Part shown: positions 38,391 to 46,487 of the stretch, one piece after another
Numbering within the stretch: position 1 is the stretch's first letter
Layout of the letters: each line of letters begins with the position of its first letter
From: an uncultured bacterium
Lineage (GTDB): Bacteria; Patescibacteriota; Patescibacteriia; Patescibacteriales; UBA12465
Reading direction: 5' to 3'
Assembly (NCBI GenBank): GCA_903945435.1
Contig: CAJAVM010000003.1
Coordinates: 1,352 to 65,351 of the forward strand
DNA length: 64,000 bases
The notes under the pieces: generated by a model
The model's input: only the letters and a program-made list of their open reading frames with translations
Databases searched by the model: none
Told to the model about the DNA's origin: nothing
Position numbers and translations under genes: made by a program

Positions 38391-39455
38391 ATGAATTACA
38401 TAGGCAGTAAATTATCGTTGTTAGAGTTTTTAGAAAATTCTATAAAAAAAGTAGCTAAAAAAGACTGCAATGTTTTTTGTGACTTATTTGCTGGCACAGG
38501 TATCGTCGGATCATATTTTAAAAAGAAAGGTTTTAAAATTATAGCTAACGATATCCAGTATTACAGCTACGTTTTGAATAGACATTATATTAAAAATCAT
38601 AAACCACTTGAATTTAAAGGTTTGTTTGAATTGATTGCCACTTTGAAAAGTGAGGACATTAAAAATAGGGGAGCTATTGTTTTAGATTATTTGAATAATT
38701 TAAAAGGCAAAAAGGGATTTATTTACAATAATTATTGTTTGGGTGGGACAAAAAACAAGACTGAGCAAAGACTTTATTTTTCGGATGAAAACGGTTTACG
38801 ATGTGATGCTATAAGACAAAAAATAGAAGAATGGAATAACGGCAAAAAAATTAATGAGAATGAATATTATTTTTTATTAGCCAGCTTAGTTGAATCCATT
38901 GATAAATATGCTAACACAGCTTCTGTCTATGGAGCCTTTTTAAAGAGTCTAAAAAAATCTGCTTTAAGGCCTTTAGTTATGAGCCCTGCCGAATTAATAA
39001 TTAATGACCAAGAGCATGAAGTTTACAACGAAGATATTAATTCGGTTGTTAAAAAAATAAAGGGGGATATTTTATATCTTGATCCGCCATATAACCAAAG
39101 GCAATACGCCACGAATTATCATATATTGGAAACAATCGCTAAATATGATAGCCCTGATATTCATGGTAAAACTGGTTTAAGAGAGTATCAAAAACAGAAA
39201 TCTTCCTATTGTTCAACAAATCAGGTTAAAAAATCTTTTAAAGATTTAATCACTAATGCTGACGTTAAATATATATTTTTAAGTTACAATAATGAAGGAT
39301 TAATGAGTGCAGAAGATATAAAAGAAATAATGAGCACTAGGGGTAAATATGGATTTTTTACTCAGGAATATTCTAGATTTAAAGCAGATAAAAATAGGGA
39401 ATATAAAGCTGAAAAAACAGTAGAATATTTACATTATGTTGTCTGCAATAACTAA
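38391..39455 (+). CDS. Adenine DNA methyltransferase, M.NlaIII/M.HpyI-like
   Basis: MNYIGSK start, DLFAGTG, YLDPPYNQRQY and GKTGLR; adjacent to the NlaIII-like REase. Confidence 0.88.
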   Translation: MNYIGSKLSLLEFLENSIKKVAKKDCNVFCDLFAGTGIVGSYFKKKGFKIIANDIQYYSYVLNRHYIKNHKPLEFKGLFELIATLKSEDIKNRGAIVLDYLNNLKGKKGFIYNNYCLGGTKNKTEQRLYFSDENGLRCDAIRQKIEEWNNGKKINENEYYFLLASLVESIDKYANTASVYGAFLKSLKKSALRPLVMSPAELIINDQEHEVYNEDINSVVKKIKGDILYLDPPYNQRQYATNYHILETIAKYDSPDIHGKTGLREYQKQKSSYCSTNQVKKSFKDLITNADVKYIFLSYNNEGLMSAEDIKEIMSTRGKYGFFTQEYSRFKADKNREYKAEKTVEYLHYVVCNN

Positions 39456-40074
39456 CCATATCGATTCGATAGCGACTTCAGCCGTGACAGCTGTATTAGT
39501 CTTTTTTATCACTAGTCGTATAGATAATAAGTTAAGAGAAAAAAATAATAAACATGAGTTTATAAGAAATCGTGAGTATGATACCCATGAAAATGTTTAT
39601 GAAGAAATTCAAAAGCTAAAAAATGACCCAGAAACAGGCTGGGCTTTTCGTTCTAGTAAAAAAGAAAAATTAGAAGAGCAAAATAATTTAAGTTTTTCTG
39701 AGTTCTGTAATGTCACCAAGAAAATTGAATTTCATAATTTAAATATTGATGGAGCTGAATCTTATATTTTAGACATTATAAAAGATAAAATTATATCTGA
39801 TATAAAAAAGTTATCTCGTCGTAGTAAAAATAAAATTCAGCAAATTTCTAAGGAAATAATTATTAAATATGAAAATGATTTTGAAGTAATTAATTCCGAG
39901 GTAGATGATTTAGTGGAGGGCTTTGGTTATTATGAAGGTAAAAAATTGTCTTTTGATGAGAGTAATTATGTTAGTTATTGTAAGACGCAAAGAGAAATAG
40001 TTCTATTAAATTATTTAGCTCCATTATTAAATAAACTTGAAATTGAACTTTCTGATTATATTAATTTAAAGTAA
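39436..40074 (+). CDS. Hypothetical cargo protein with an N-terminal TM helix
   Basis: 212-aa ORF overlapping the MTase stop; hydrophobic segment SAVTAVLVFFI. Confidence 0.55.
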   Translation: MLSAITNHIDSIATSAVTAVLVFFITSRIDNKLREKNNKHEFIRNREYDTHENVYEEIQKLKNDPETGWAFRSSKKEKLEEQNNLSFSEFCNVTKKIEFHNLNIDGAESYILDIIKDKIISDIKKLSRRSKNKIQQISKEIIIKYENDFEVINSEVDDLVEGFGYYEGKKLSFDESNYVSYCKTQREIVLLNYLAPLLNKLEIELSDYINLK

Positions 40075-41413
40075 TCTTTTTTTCTCTCATAACCAGTTTA
40101 CTCTCTAAACAGCTTAATACTTCTCGCTTCTCAATAATCGACCCCTCTCTAAGCACGTATTTAGCGTAGTTTCTCATATCAACATCTTTCTGCTTATTAA
40201 AGTCTATTTCAGCTGTTCCGAGCAAGCCTTTACTGAATTTGTAGTATCTTTCAATTTCTTCATTGAATTGGTTTTTTAAGCCGATGTCATTTATATCTAG
40301 CTTATCAATTACTTGAGTTAATTGTTCAATTAATTCTTCTTCTCGAAGATAACCGCCTTTGCAGTTTATATTTTTAGCTCTAGAACATCCGTAATATACA
40401 TATCTTCTAACTGACCCATCGGCCAGTTTTTTAAATTTTTCTTCAGCCGAAATGCCTGATCCGCAATGTCCGCATTTGATAAGCTTGGTAAAGGCAAATT
40501 CCTTACAGTCTTGTCTAGAAATATTACCTCGGCTTAATTGCTCATTCGCTTTCGTATATAACTCTTTTGATATAATCGGATCGTATCCGCCTTTATACCA
40601 TTTATCGCTTCCAACTGGATATTCAAATTCGCCATAGTAGAATGGTTCTTTTATCATCCGCTGAACCATACTGATTGTCATGAACTTATTATTTTTTGTC
40701 CGCAAATCAGTTTCATCTTTTAGCCATCTATATATGCGCCGACAGCTATATTGCTCATTGGCTACTTTTTCAAATAATTGTTTTATTATTGGAGCTCTTT
40801 TAGGATCTATAAATACTTTTTTAGCGCCTTTGTCCGCATATTTATCATGTATGTATCCAATCGGCGCTCGCCCAGGACGCCAACCTTGTTCGCACTTAGC
40901 CCTTAATCCTCGTTTAACATTTTCGCCCTTATGGTCATTTTCTAATTTAGCTTGAGAACCTAGAATCATTAATAAAAATTTTTCATTAGGGCTGTTAGTA
41001 AATCTTTGGCCATGAGTTCTAATTTCTTTAATTAACCCCTGATCCATTAAATCAACCATCGCCCCTAAGTCGCCAGCATTACGGCTTAACCGATCAGGCG
41101 CCCAGCAGAGGATTCCATTAAAGATACCTCTTTTGATATCTGTAATTAATTTATTAAAAACTGGCCTCTGTCCAGAATCTTTAGCGGAATGACTTTCCTT
41201 TCTTACCTCAGTTATTTGAATATTATCCCTTATGGCCATTTCCAGCATTTCCTTTATTTGCGAGTCTATTGAAAGAGCCTGCCTTTCATCTTCTTCGGTT
41301 GATTTTCTGGCGTATAAACAGTATTTCATCTCTGTTTCTAATGCCTCTAAATTAGCCCTATTTTGGCCTCCTAGGGCTGTTTTATGCTCTAGTACCGTAG
41401 TTGCTTGGTTCAT
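40061..41413 (-). CDS. Large serine recombinase (resolvase, recombinase and Zn-ribbon domains)
   Basis: YARKST (catalytic Ser), DRLSRN, G.APIGY and CGHCG...YYGC. Confidence 0.93.
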   Translation of the reverse strand: MNQATTVLEHKTALGGQNRANLEALETEMKYCLYARKSTEEDERQALSIDSQIKEMLEMAIRDNIQITEVRKESHSAKDSGQRPVFNKLITDIKRGIFNGILCWAPDRLSRNAGDLGAMVDLMDQGLIKEIRTHGQRFTNSPNEKFLLMILGSQAKLENDHKGENVKRGLRAKCEQGWRPGRAPIGYIHDKYADKGAKKVFIDPKRAPIIKQLFEKVANEQYSCRRIYRWLKDETDLRTKNNKFMTISMVQRMIKEPFYYGEFEYPVGSDKWYKGGYDPIISKELYTKANEQLSRGNISRQDCKEFAFTKLIKCGHCGSGISAEEKFKKLADGSVRRYVYYGCSRAKNINCKGGYLREEELIEQLTQVIDKLDINDIGLKNQFNEEIERYYKFSKGLLGTAEIDFNKQKDVDMRNYAKYVLREGSIIEKREVLSCLESKLVMREKKITLN

Positions 41414-41488
41414 ATGGTTATAGTTGTTATAACCAATTAATGACGCTATTAAACAGGGAAGTCTAGGCCTAGCTGTTGGTAACTTAAC

Positions 41489-41517
41489 TTTACTTTTTGG
41501 CTATTTCAAGTTATATT
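41489..41517 (+). promoter_or_regulatory. sigma70-like promoter positioned at the 5' end of the structured RNA
   Basis: TTTACT-N17-TATATT; predicted +1 about 41523-41524 coincides with the first helix. Confidence 0.55.
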
Positions 41518-41522
41518 TTAAG

Positions 41523-41697
41523 TGCAAAACCACAAGTTAATATCGTGAAGCACGCGCCAATTTTTTTGGTAGCCTTGGCTTATTCGTATACAGGAACGGG
41601 CATTCCGACCTAATACGAGTAAGCGTCTTCACGGACACTTCTTGTGGTTTTGCAACCAAGGTCGGGTGTCCGTTTTTGTTTTTATAAAGCGGACATT
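41523..41697 (+). ncRNA. Unannotated highly structured RNA or leader with alternative pairings
   Basis: Perfect 14-bp helix 41523-41536/41641-41654; helices 41544-41550/41627-41633 and 41578-41589/41613-41624; G-U pairs fit only the + strand. Confidence 0.7.
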
Positions 41698-41711
41698 AGA
41701 TATTTATAAAT

Positions 41712-42147
41712 TAATTATAAATTTATGAAAAAATGTCCGTTTTGCGCCGAAGAAATACAAGACGATGCTAAAAAATGCCGTCATTGCGGAGAATATCTTG
41801 ATAAAGATAATAAAATTAAGGTAAGTAAGCATTCTGATTATGCTACGGTCACAATTATTTCCGCCATATTGCCCGTTATAGGCATTATTTTAGGAATTGT
41901 TTATCTCACTAAAAATAGCAAGGCAGATAAAAAATTAGGCGAACACGCAATTGTTGGCAGTATTTTATTTAGTATATTGTGGTTTCTAATTTTGTTAGTA
42001 TTAGGAATCCCTAATTTTATAGTTATTTAATATTAGTTTTATTAGCAGTCAGCTAATTATAAATTTATGAAAAAATGTCCATTTTGTGCAGAAGAAATTC
42101 AAGATGACGCAAAAAAATGCCGTCATTGCGGGGAGTATCTTGATAAG
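41712..42147 (+). repeat. Direct repeat of the translation-start region plus zinc-ribbon codons (41712-41805 and 42054-42147)
   Basis: 13 identical upstream nt and 27 codons differing only at 10 synonymous positions. Confidence 0.85.
41725..42030 (+). CDS. Zinc-ribbon membrane protein 1 (2 TM)
   Basis: CPFC-x10-CRHC N-terminus; two hydrophobic helices. Confidence 0.8.
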   Translation: MKKCPFCAEEIQDDAKKCRHCGEYLDKDNKIKVSKHSDYATVTIISAILPVIGIILGIVYLTKNSKADKKLGEHAIVGSILFSILWFLILLVLGIPNFIVI

Positions 42148-42477
42148 GGTAATGTTTCTAATAAAATCAACAAAGACGGTAGATTTGATGGATTCATTGA
42201 TTTCTTAAAACGAAAATATCCCGCTTATTCCGTCGTGTCTGAAAATTATGAAAAAAATTATATAGTGCTTAACAAACAGTTAAGCGGTTTAAATCCTTTG
42301 CTGTTTATTATATTACTTCTTCTTTGGATTCTGCCAGGCGTTATATATCTTATCGTGTCTTTAAGTAGTAAAAAAATATTATCATTGACCATACAATTTA
42401 ATGAAAACAATGAGCCAGTTTCTGTTAGCGACGCGAATTTCAATTTTTTAATTGTTAAATATAAAGAGAATAATTAA
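42067..42477 (+). CDS. Zinc-ribbon membrane protein 2
   Basis: Same 27-aa N-terminus as gene 41725; different C-terminus with LLLLWILPGVIY. Confidence 0.8.
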   Translation: MKKCPFCAEEIQDDAKKCRHCGEYLDKGNVSNKINKDGRFDGFIDFLKRKYPAYSVVSENYEKNYIVLNKQLSGLNPLLFIILLLLWILPGVIYLIVSLSSKKILSLTIQFNENNEPVSVSDANFNFLIVKYKENN

Positions 42478-42488
42478 TAGTGAGTAAT

Positions 42489-43949
42489 TTATCTCATCCC
42501 GTAGTACTCTTTATTGTGTTCCCAAATTCCAAAAGATGCAGGCCTTCTTTTATCTAAAATAATTTCATTTATCAGTAGGGTAAAAGCATCGACGAGATCA
42601 TCGTGTTTTTCTATGCCGAAGCCGACCATTTGACTTATTAATTCTTCAGCGCCATTTTTAGGAAATAGTATTCTTCCTGATTTTATTAAATATGTTGTCA
42701 TACTTAGCCTAGACAATTTATCATATCCGCCAATTTTAACGCCTTTGCTCGGGTACCCATCGCTTTTTAATTGCTGGGTGAAGGCACTTTGATAAGCCAC
42801 TTCTTCAACTAATATTTCTATTGGCTTGCCTCCTCCTATAACACTTGATGATAGTTTAATGTTCTCTATTGCTTCGGGAAATTCCATCCTTTTATTTATT
42901 AAATTGGGCAAAATATAAATTTTCATATCTTTGTCATATCCATACACCCTTGCACTTACCGCCGCCGTATAATCTGCGGTGGTTTTTGTTGATATAGCTA
43001 AATCAACGCCCATTTTTTCATAGCGATAATTATCTGGCGGAAGGGAATCATAGTACTGTAGCCATTCTTCACGGACAACTTGATCTTCGGCTGGTAATAT
43101 CTTCAGCATGAATTCTCGGTTGAAAGTGACCGCATCATAAGTATTTTTTAAATCTTCAATACTCTCATAAGTCGGGTATCTGCTAGGCCAGAGAACAACC
43201 CCATCTTCATTTATAAGCGGGTATGCTTTATAAACACCACCTCTGATTTTATTATCATTTATTTTTGCTTCCAGTCTTTTAATAACTGAGTCTTGGTGTA
43301 AGAGATTTCCAATTACAACAACAACTGTGTTCATATCTCCAGCTGGCAAAACTTCGCCCATTAGCCAATTAAATGATTTATCCCGCCCCTCCTTAGTTTT
43401 AACTGATTGAAGGTCTTCAATATCGTCGACAACAATTAAGTCTGGGCGGTATTGATTGTGTCTGGTTCCTCTAACGCTCTGTTCGACTGAAGCAGTTGCT
43501 ATTCTGGCATTGAATTTTGTCAGCACTAAAGTTTGTGAACCCCATTGATTAGGTTCTTCTTTGAATGGTCCCAGATCGCCTTTAAGTAATTGATTCTTTT
43601 CTAATTCACTCTTTATGCTTTGGAGCATGGTTTGTGCCTTTGCTTGGGTCTGGCTGATAAGAAGAACGTATTTCTTTTCAAGCTTACCCATAATCGCCCA
43701 GAGAGGATAAGAAAGACCCATGATAGTTGATTTGGCTGATCCTCTAAAAGCAACCACAACCATCATCTTATTTTTTGTGTCTTCAGTCAGACTAAACATT
43801 TCTCTTTGAAACATTGCTGTTTCCACTGTCACATAATGATTCATGTAAAGATAGAAAAACCAGTAATGACTTTCCTTAACAGTGGCCAAGCGAACCAGCC
43901 TATCGGTTAACAATTTATTAATTATTTTTTCAGTCGTTAGCTTTTTCAT
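42489..43949 (-). CDS. Phage terminase large subunit
   Basis: Walker A AFRGSAKST, Walker B LIVVDD, nuclease motifs GVDLA..DYTA and HDDLVDA. Confidence 0.9.
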   Translation of the reverse strand: MKKLTTEKIINKLLTDRLVRLATVKESHYWFFYLYMNHYVTVETAMFQREMFSLTEDTKNKMMVVVAFRGSAKSTIMGLSYPLWAIMGKLEKKYVLLISQTQAKAQTMLQSIKSELEKNQLLKGDLGPFKEEPNQWGSQTLVLTKFNARIATASVEQSVRGTRHNQYRPDLIVVDDIEDLQSVKTKEGRDKSFNWLMGEVLPAGDMNTVVVVIGNLLHQDSVIKRLEAKINDNKIRGGVYKAYPLINEDGVVLWPSRYPTYESIEDLKNTYDAVTFNREFMLKILPAEDQVVREEWLQYYDSLPPDNYRYEKMGVDLAISTKTTADYTAAVSARVYGYDKDMKIYILPNLINKRMEFPEAIENIKLSSSVIGGGKPIEILVEEVAYQSAFTQQLKSDGYPSKGVKIGGYDKLSRLSMTTYLIKSGRILFPKNGAEELISQMVGFGIEKHDDLVDAFTLLINEIILDKRRPASFGIWEHNKEYYGMR

Positions 43950-44344
43950 ATATTTTTATCAAGAGCTGCTAGTTTGAGTGCTTGCTTTACGGCTTGTTTC
44001 TGCTCTTTAGTTAATTCAAGAGTATGTTCAATTTTTCCTTTTAACTCCAGTTTGTCAGCATAAACAGGGTGATTATTTCTTAACCAAAAAAAGATAGCTT
44101 GCATGCTTTTATCCTTGATGCCTGATATCAGCTGTGATTCGGCGATGTCATTTATAAATAAGCGCCCCTCAAGGAAAGCTTTATCAACTTGCTCGGAAAA
44201 CTTTTTATCTTCCTTTTTCCAGCGATAGAAGGTTGTTCTGCCAATGCCGTTTTTTTCACAAACCAGCTGGATAATAGGAGTTTTTCTCAAGCCCTCAATT
44301 ATCAGTGCCTTGCCACTATTTTTTGCTTTTGTTTCTTTGTCCAT
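43946..44344 (-). CDS. Putative terminase small subunit (HTH protein)
   Basis: HTH (CEKNGIGRTTFYRWKKED) and AIFFWLRN; overlaps the TerL start by 4 bp. Confidence 0.7.
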   Translation of the reverse strand: MDKETKAKNSGKALIIEGLRKTPIIQLVCEKNGIGRTTFYRWKKEDKKFSEQVDKAFLEGRLFINDIAESQLISGIKDKSMQAIFFWLRNNHPVYADKLELKGKIEHTLELTKEQKQAVKQALKLAALDKNI

Positions 44345-44349
44345 ATTAT

Positions 44350-45129
44350 TTAATTTAATTTTTTAGCTTTTAATCCAGTTAACTTTTCAAATCTTTCTAT
44401 AATTGTCTGGCAATATTCTGGATCTAGTTCTATCATTAAGCATTTTCTTTTTGTTTGTTCGCAACTGAGTAAAGTCGTTCCCGATCCCCCAAAGGGATCA
44501 TATACATAATCACCTATCTTAGAACTGTTTAATATCAGTTGACGCATTAATGATAAAGGTTTTTGCGTAGGATGACTTTTGCTACTACTCGGTTTAGGAC
44601 AGAAGATTACACTCTTGTCTTTTGACTTAGTAAATAGATGTGTGCCGAACCATGAAAAAATTATGAGCTCGTGCTGAGGCAGATAATCTTTGCGCCCAAC
44701 TACGGCCTGATTTTTTACCCAAATTAGAAGTTGTGAAAAATGGATACCTATTTCATCCATTGCTTGTTTTAAAGCAAATAGCATGATGTCGCTATTAAAA
44801 ATGTAGATGGAATTTTTCTTATCCAGAAAGGGAAGTGCTAATGAAAGCCAACTTTTGGTAAATGTTTTATATTCATCATTGCTTTGAATCTGGTCATTAG
44901 CAATTTCTTTTGGCTTACTTAATTTTTGGGCAAATCCCGCTTTTGATTGGCAATACGCGCAACCATATGGTGGGTCGCAAGCAATTAGCCTGATTATGTC
45001 TTGGCCGATAAGTTTTGTAACGCTTTCTTGATCGCAGGCGTCTGAGCACATCAGCCTATGATTTCCCAGCTGATAAATTTCACCTGTCTTAATTAAGTTT
45101 TTTAGCTTTTGTGTTTGCATATTTTTCAT
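44350..45129 (-). CDS. Phage-type adenine DNA methyltransferase (beta class)
   Basis: DPPY, HPTQKP and YDPFGGSGTT; start likely at 45129 or 45120. Confidence 0.88.
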   Translation of the reverse strand: MKNMQTQKLKNLIKTGEIYQLGNHRLMCSDACDQESVTKLIGQDIIRLIACDPPYGCAYCQSKAGFAQKLSKPKEIANDQIQSNDEYKTFTKSWLSLALPFLDKKNSIYIFNSDIMLFALKQAMDEIGIHFSQLLIWVKNQAVVGRKDYLPQHELIIFSWFGTHLFTKSKDKSVIFCPKPSSSKSHPTQKPLSLMRQLILNSSKIGDYVYDPFGGSGTTLLSCEQTKRKCLMIELDPEYCQTIIERFEKLTGLKAKKLN

Positions 45130-46363
45130 AGCGATTAATAATAAGTTGGCAGAAAATTGGATTGATTTCCGCCGTGTAACATATTCTGTTAAGCTGTTCA
45201 CACGCTAGAAGAGTCGACCCCGATCCAGCGTAGATGTCTAATATAATATCGCCAGGCTTAGAACAGCGTTTTAAAGGCTTCTCGTGGAGATTTAAAGGTT
45301 TTTGTGCCGAGTGTTCGTAGTTTGATCCAATATCTCTTTTAGCTAGCCAGATATCTAAAATATCAATTATATTATCTATTGCCCTATTGCCTGATTCTAT
45401 TTCTTTGTTTAAAGCTTCACAGGCTTTAGTTGATAGTTTGGATAGGAACGGCTTGCCAGTTTTTCCGTATATACAAAATTCGGTCGCCTTATTAAATGCG
45501 ACATTAGGCGTAGGATTGAACGCACCCTTGAACCAGAAGCAGGCTCTTTCGTTCTTTATGCTTAGTTCTCGGTATAGAGTTTGGATTAACCAGATATTTG
45601 ATTGATCGCACCAAGTGAAGTAATGGCAATTTTCCTTTGCGTGTTTTAAAGAATTTTTTAGTCCAGCTAATAGAAATTTTTTATATTCATCATCGGTTTT
45701 ATTATCTTTAATATCTCCGCCGTAATTTGAACGATTACCGACCCCTTTATCATAATTTAGCCCAATATTAAAAATTGGATCATTATAGATTAGGTCGGCT
45801 TTGTTTTCTCCAAGTAATTTGTCCAGTGTTTCTGTTTTGTGGCTATCTCCACAAATCAAAAAGTGCTTGCCTAGCTGGAAGATGTCACCTAACTTTATGT
45901 CAGTCTTATTTATTTTCTGCAATTCCTTTTCTTCATTAAAATTATCATTCTCAATTTCAATGTCATTATCAAAAACCTGAAGTAAATCATCTTCATTTAA
46001 TCCAGATTCAAGTAAGATATCTAAATCTATTTCCTTGAGAAGCGAATAATTCCATGATCCATGATTAGAGTTGCTTCGAAGTAAATATTCCTTGAATTCT
46101 TTTTCATCTAGCTGACGGTTAGGAACTCTAACGTCTATTTCTTCTTCGCCTCTGTCCAGTAATTGCAAAACACGGATTCTTTGATGGCCAGCTAGAATCT
46201 GACCGCTTATTGTTATGGCAGGTATCTCGGCGAGATTGAATTTTTTAATACTGGCTTTAAGATCACTTAATTGTTTATCCGACATGATGCGCGGATTTTT
46301 TTCGTAGGGAAGCAGGTCGTTGACTTTCCGCTTCTCTGTGTGCCAAATGATTTGTTTGGTCAT
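45089..46363 (-). CDS. ParB/Srx-like domain fused to a DNA methyltransferase
   Basis: LLPYEKNPR...ILAGHQR (ParB-N); DPIF catalytic-motif variant; HSAQKP; DIYAGSGST. Confidence 0.87.
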   Translation of the reverse strand: MTKQIIWHTEKRKVNDLLPYEKNPRIMSDKQLSDLKASIKKFNLAEIPAITISGQILAGHQRIRVLQLLDRGEEEIDVRVPNRQLDEKEFKEYLLRSNSNHGSWNYSLLKEIDLDILLESGLNEDDLLQVFDNDIEIENDNFNEEKELQKINKTDIKLGDIFQLGKHFLICGDSHKTETLDKLLGENKADLIYNDPIFNIGLNYDKGVGNRSNYGGDIKDNKTDDEYKKFLLAGLKNSLKHAKENCHYFTWCDQSNIWLIQTLYRELSIKNERACFWFKGAFNPTPNVAFNKATEFCIYGKTGKPFLSKLSTKACEALNKEIESGNRAIDNIIDILDIWLAKRDIGSNYEHSAQKPLNLHEKPLKRCSKPGDIILDIYAGSGSTLLACEQLNRICYTAEINPIFCQLIINRYEKYANTKAKKLN

Positions 46364-46440
46364 AATTTTTTTGTTAATAAATTATGTCTTAATTGTATGA
46401 GTTATCTGAGGGGCAGGACATTACACTTTGTGTAAACAAA

Positions 46441-46467
46441 AAAAATCGCTATTTTTTAGCGATTTTT
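46441..46467. terminator. Hairpin terminator downstream of gene 46488..47243
   Basis: AAAAATCGCTA/TAGCGATTTTT inverted repeat with flanking A/T tracts. Confidence 0.6.
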
Positions 46468-46487
46468 AGGAACTATTTTGTATTAAA

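Noticed and set aside
41712-42147. Diversity-generating retroelement template/variable repeat pair
   Set aside because: Differences are synonymous third-position changes rather than adenine-specific, and no reverse transcriptase is present in the window
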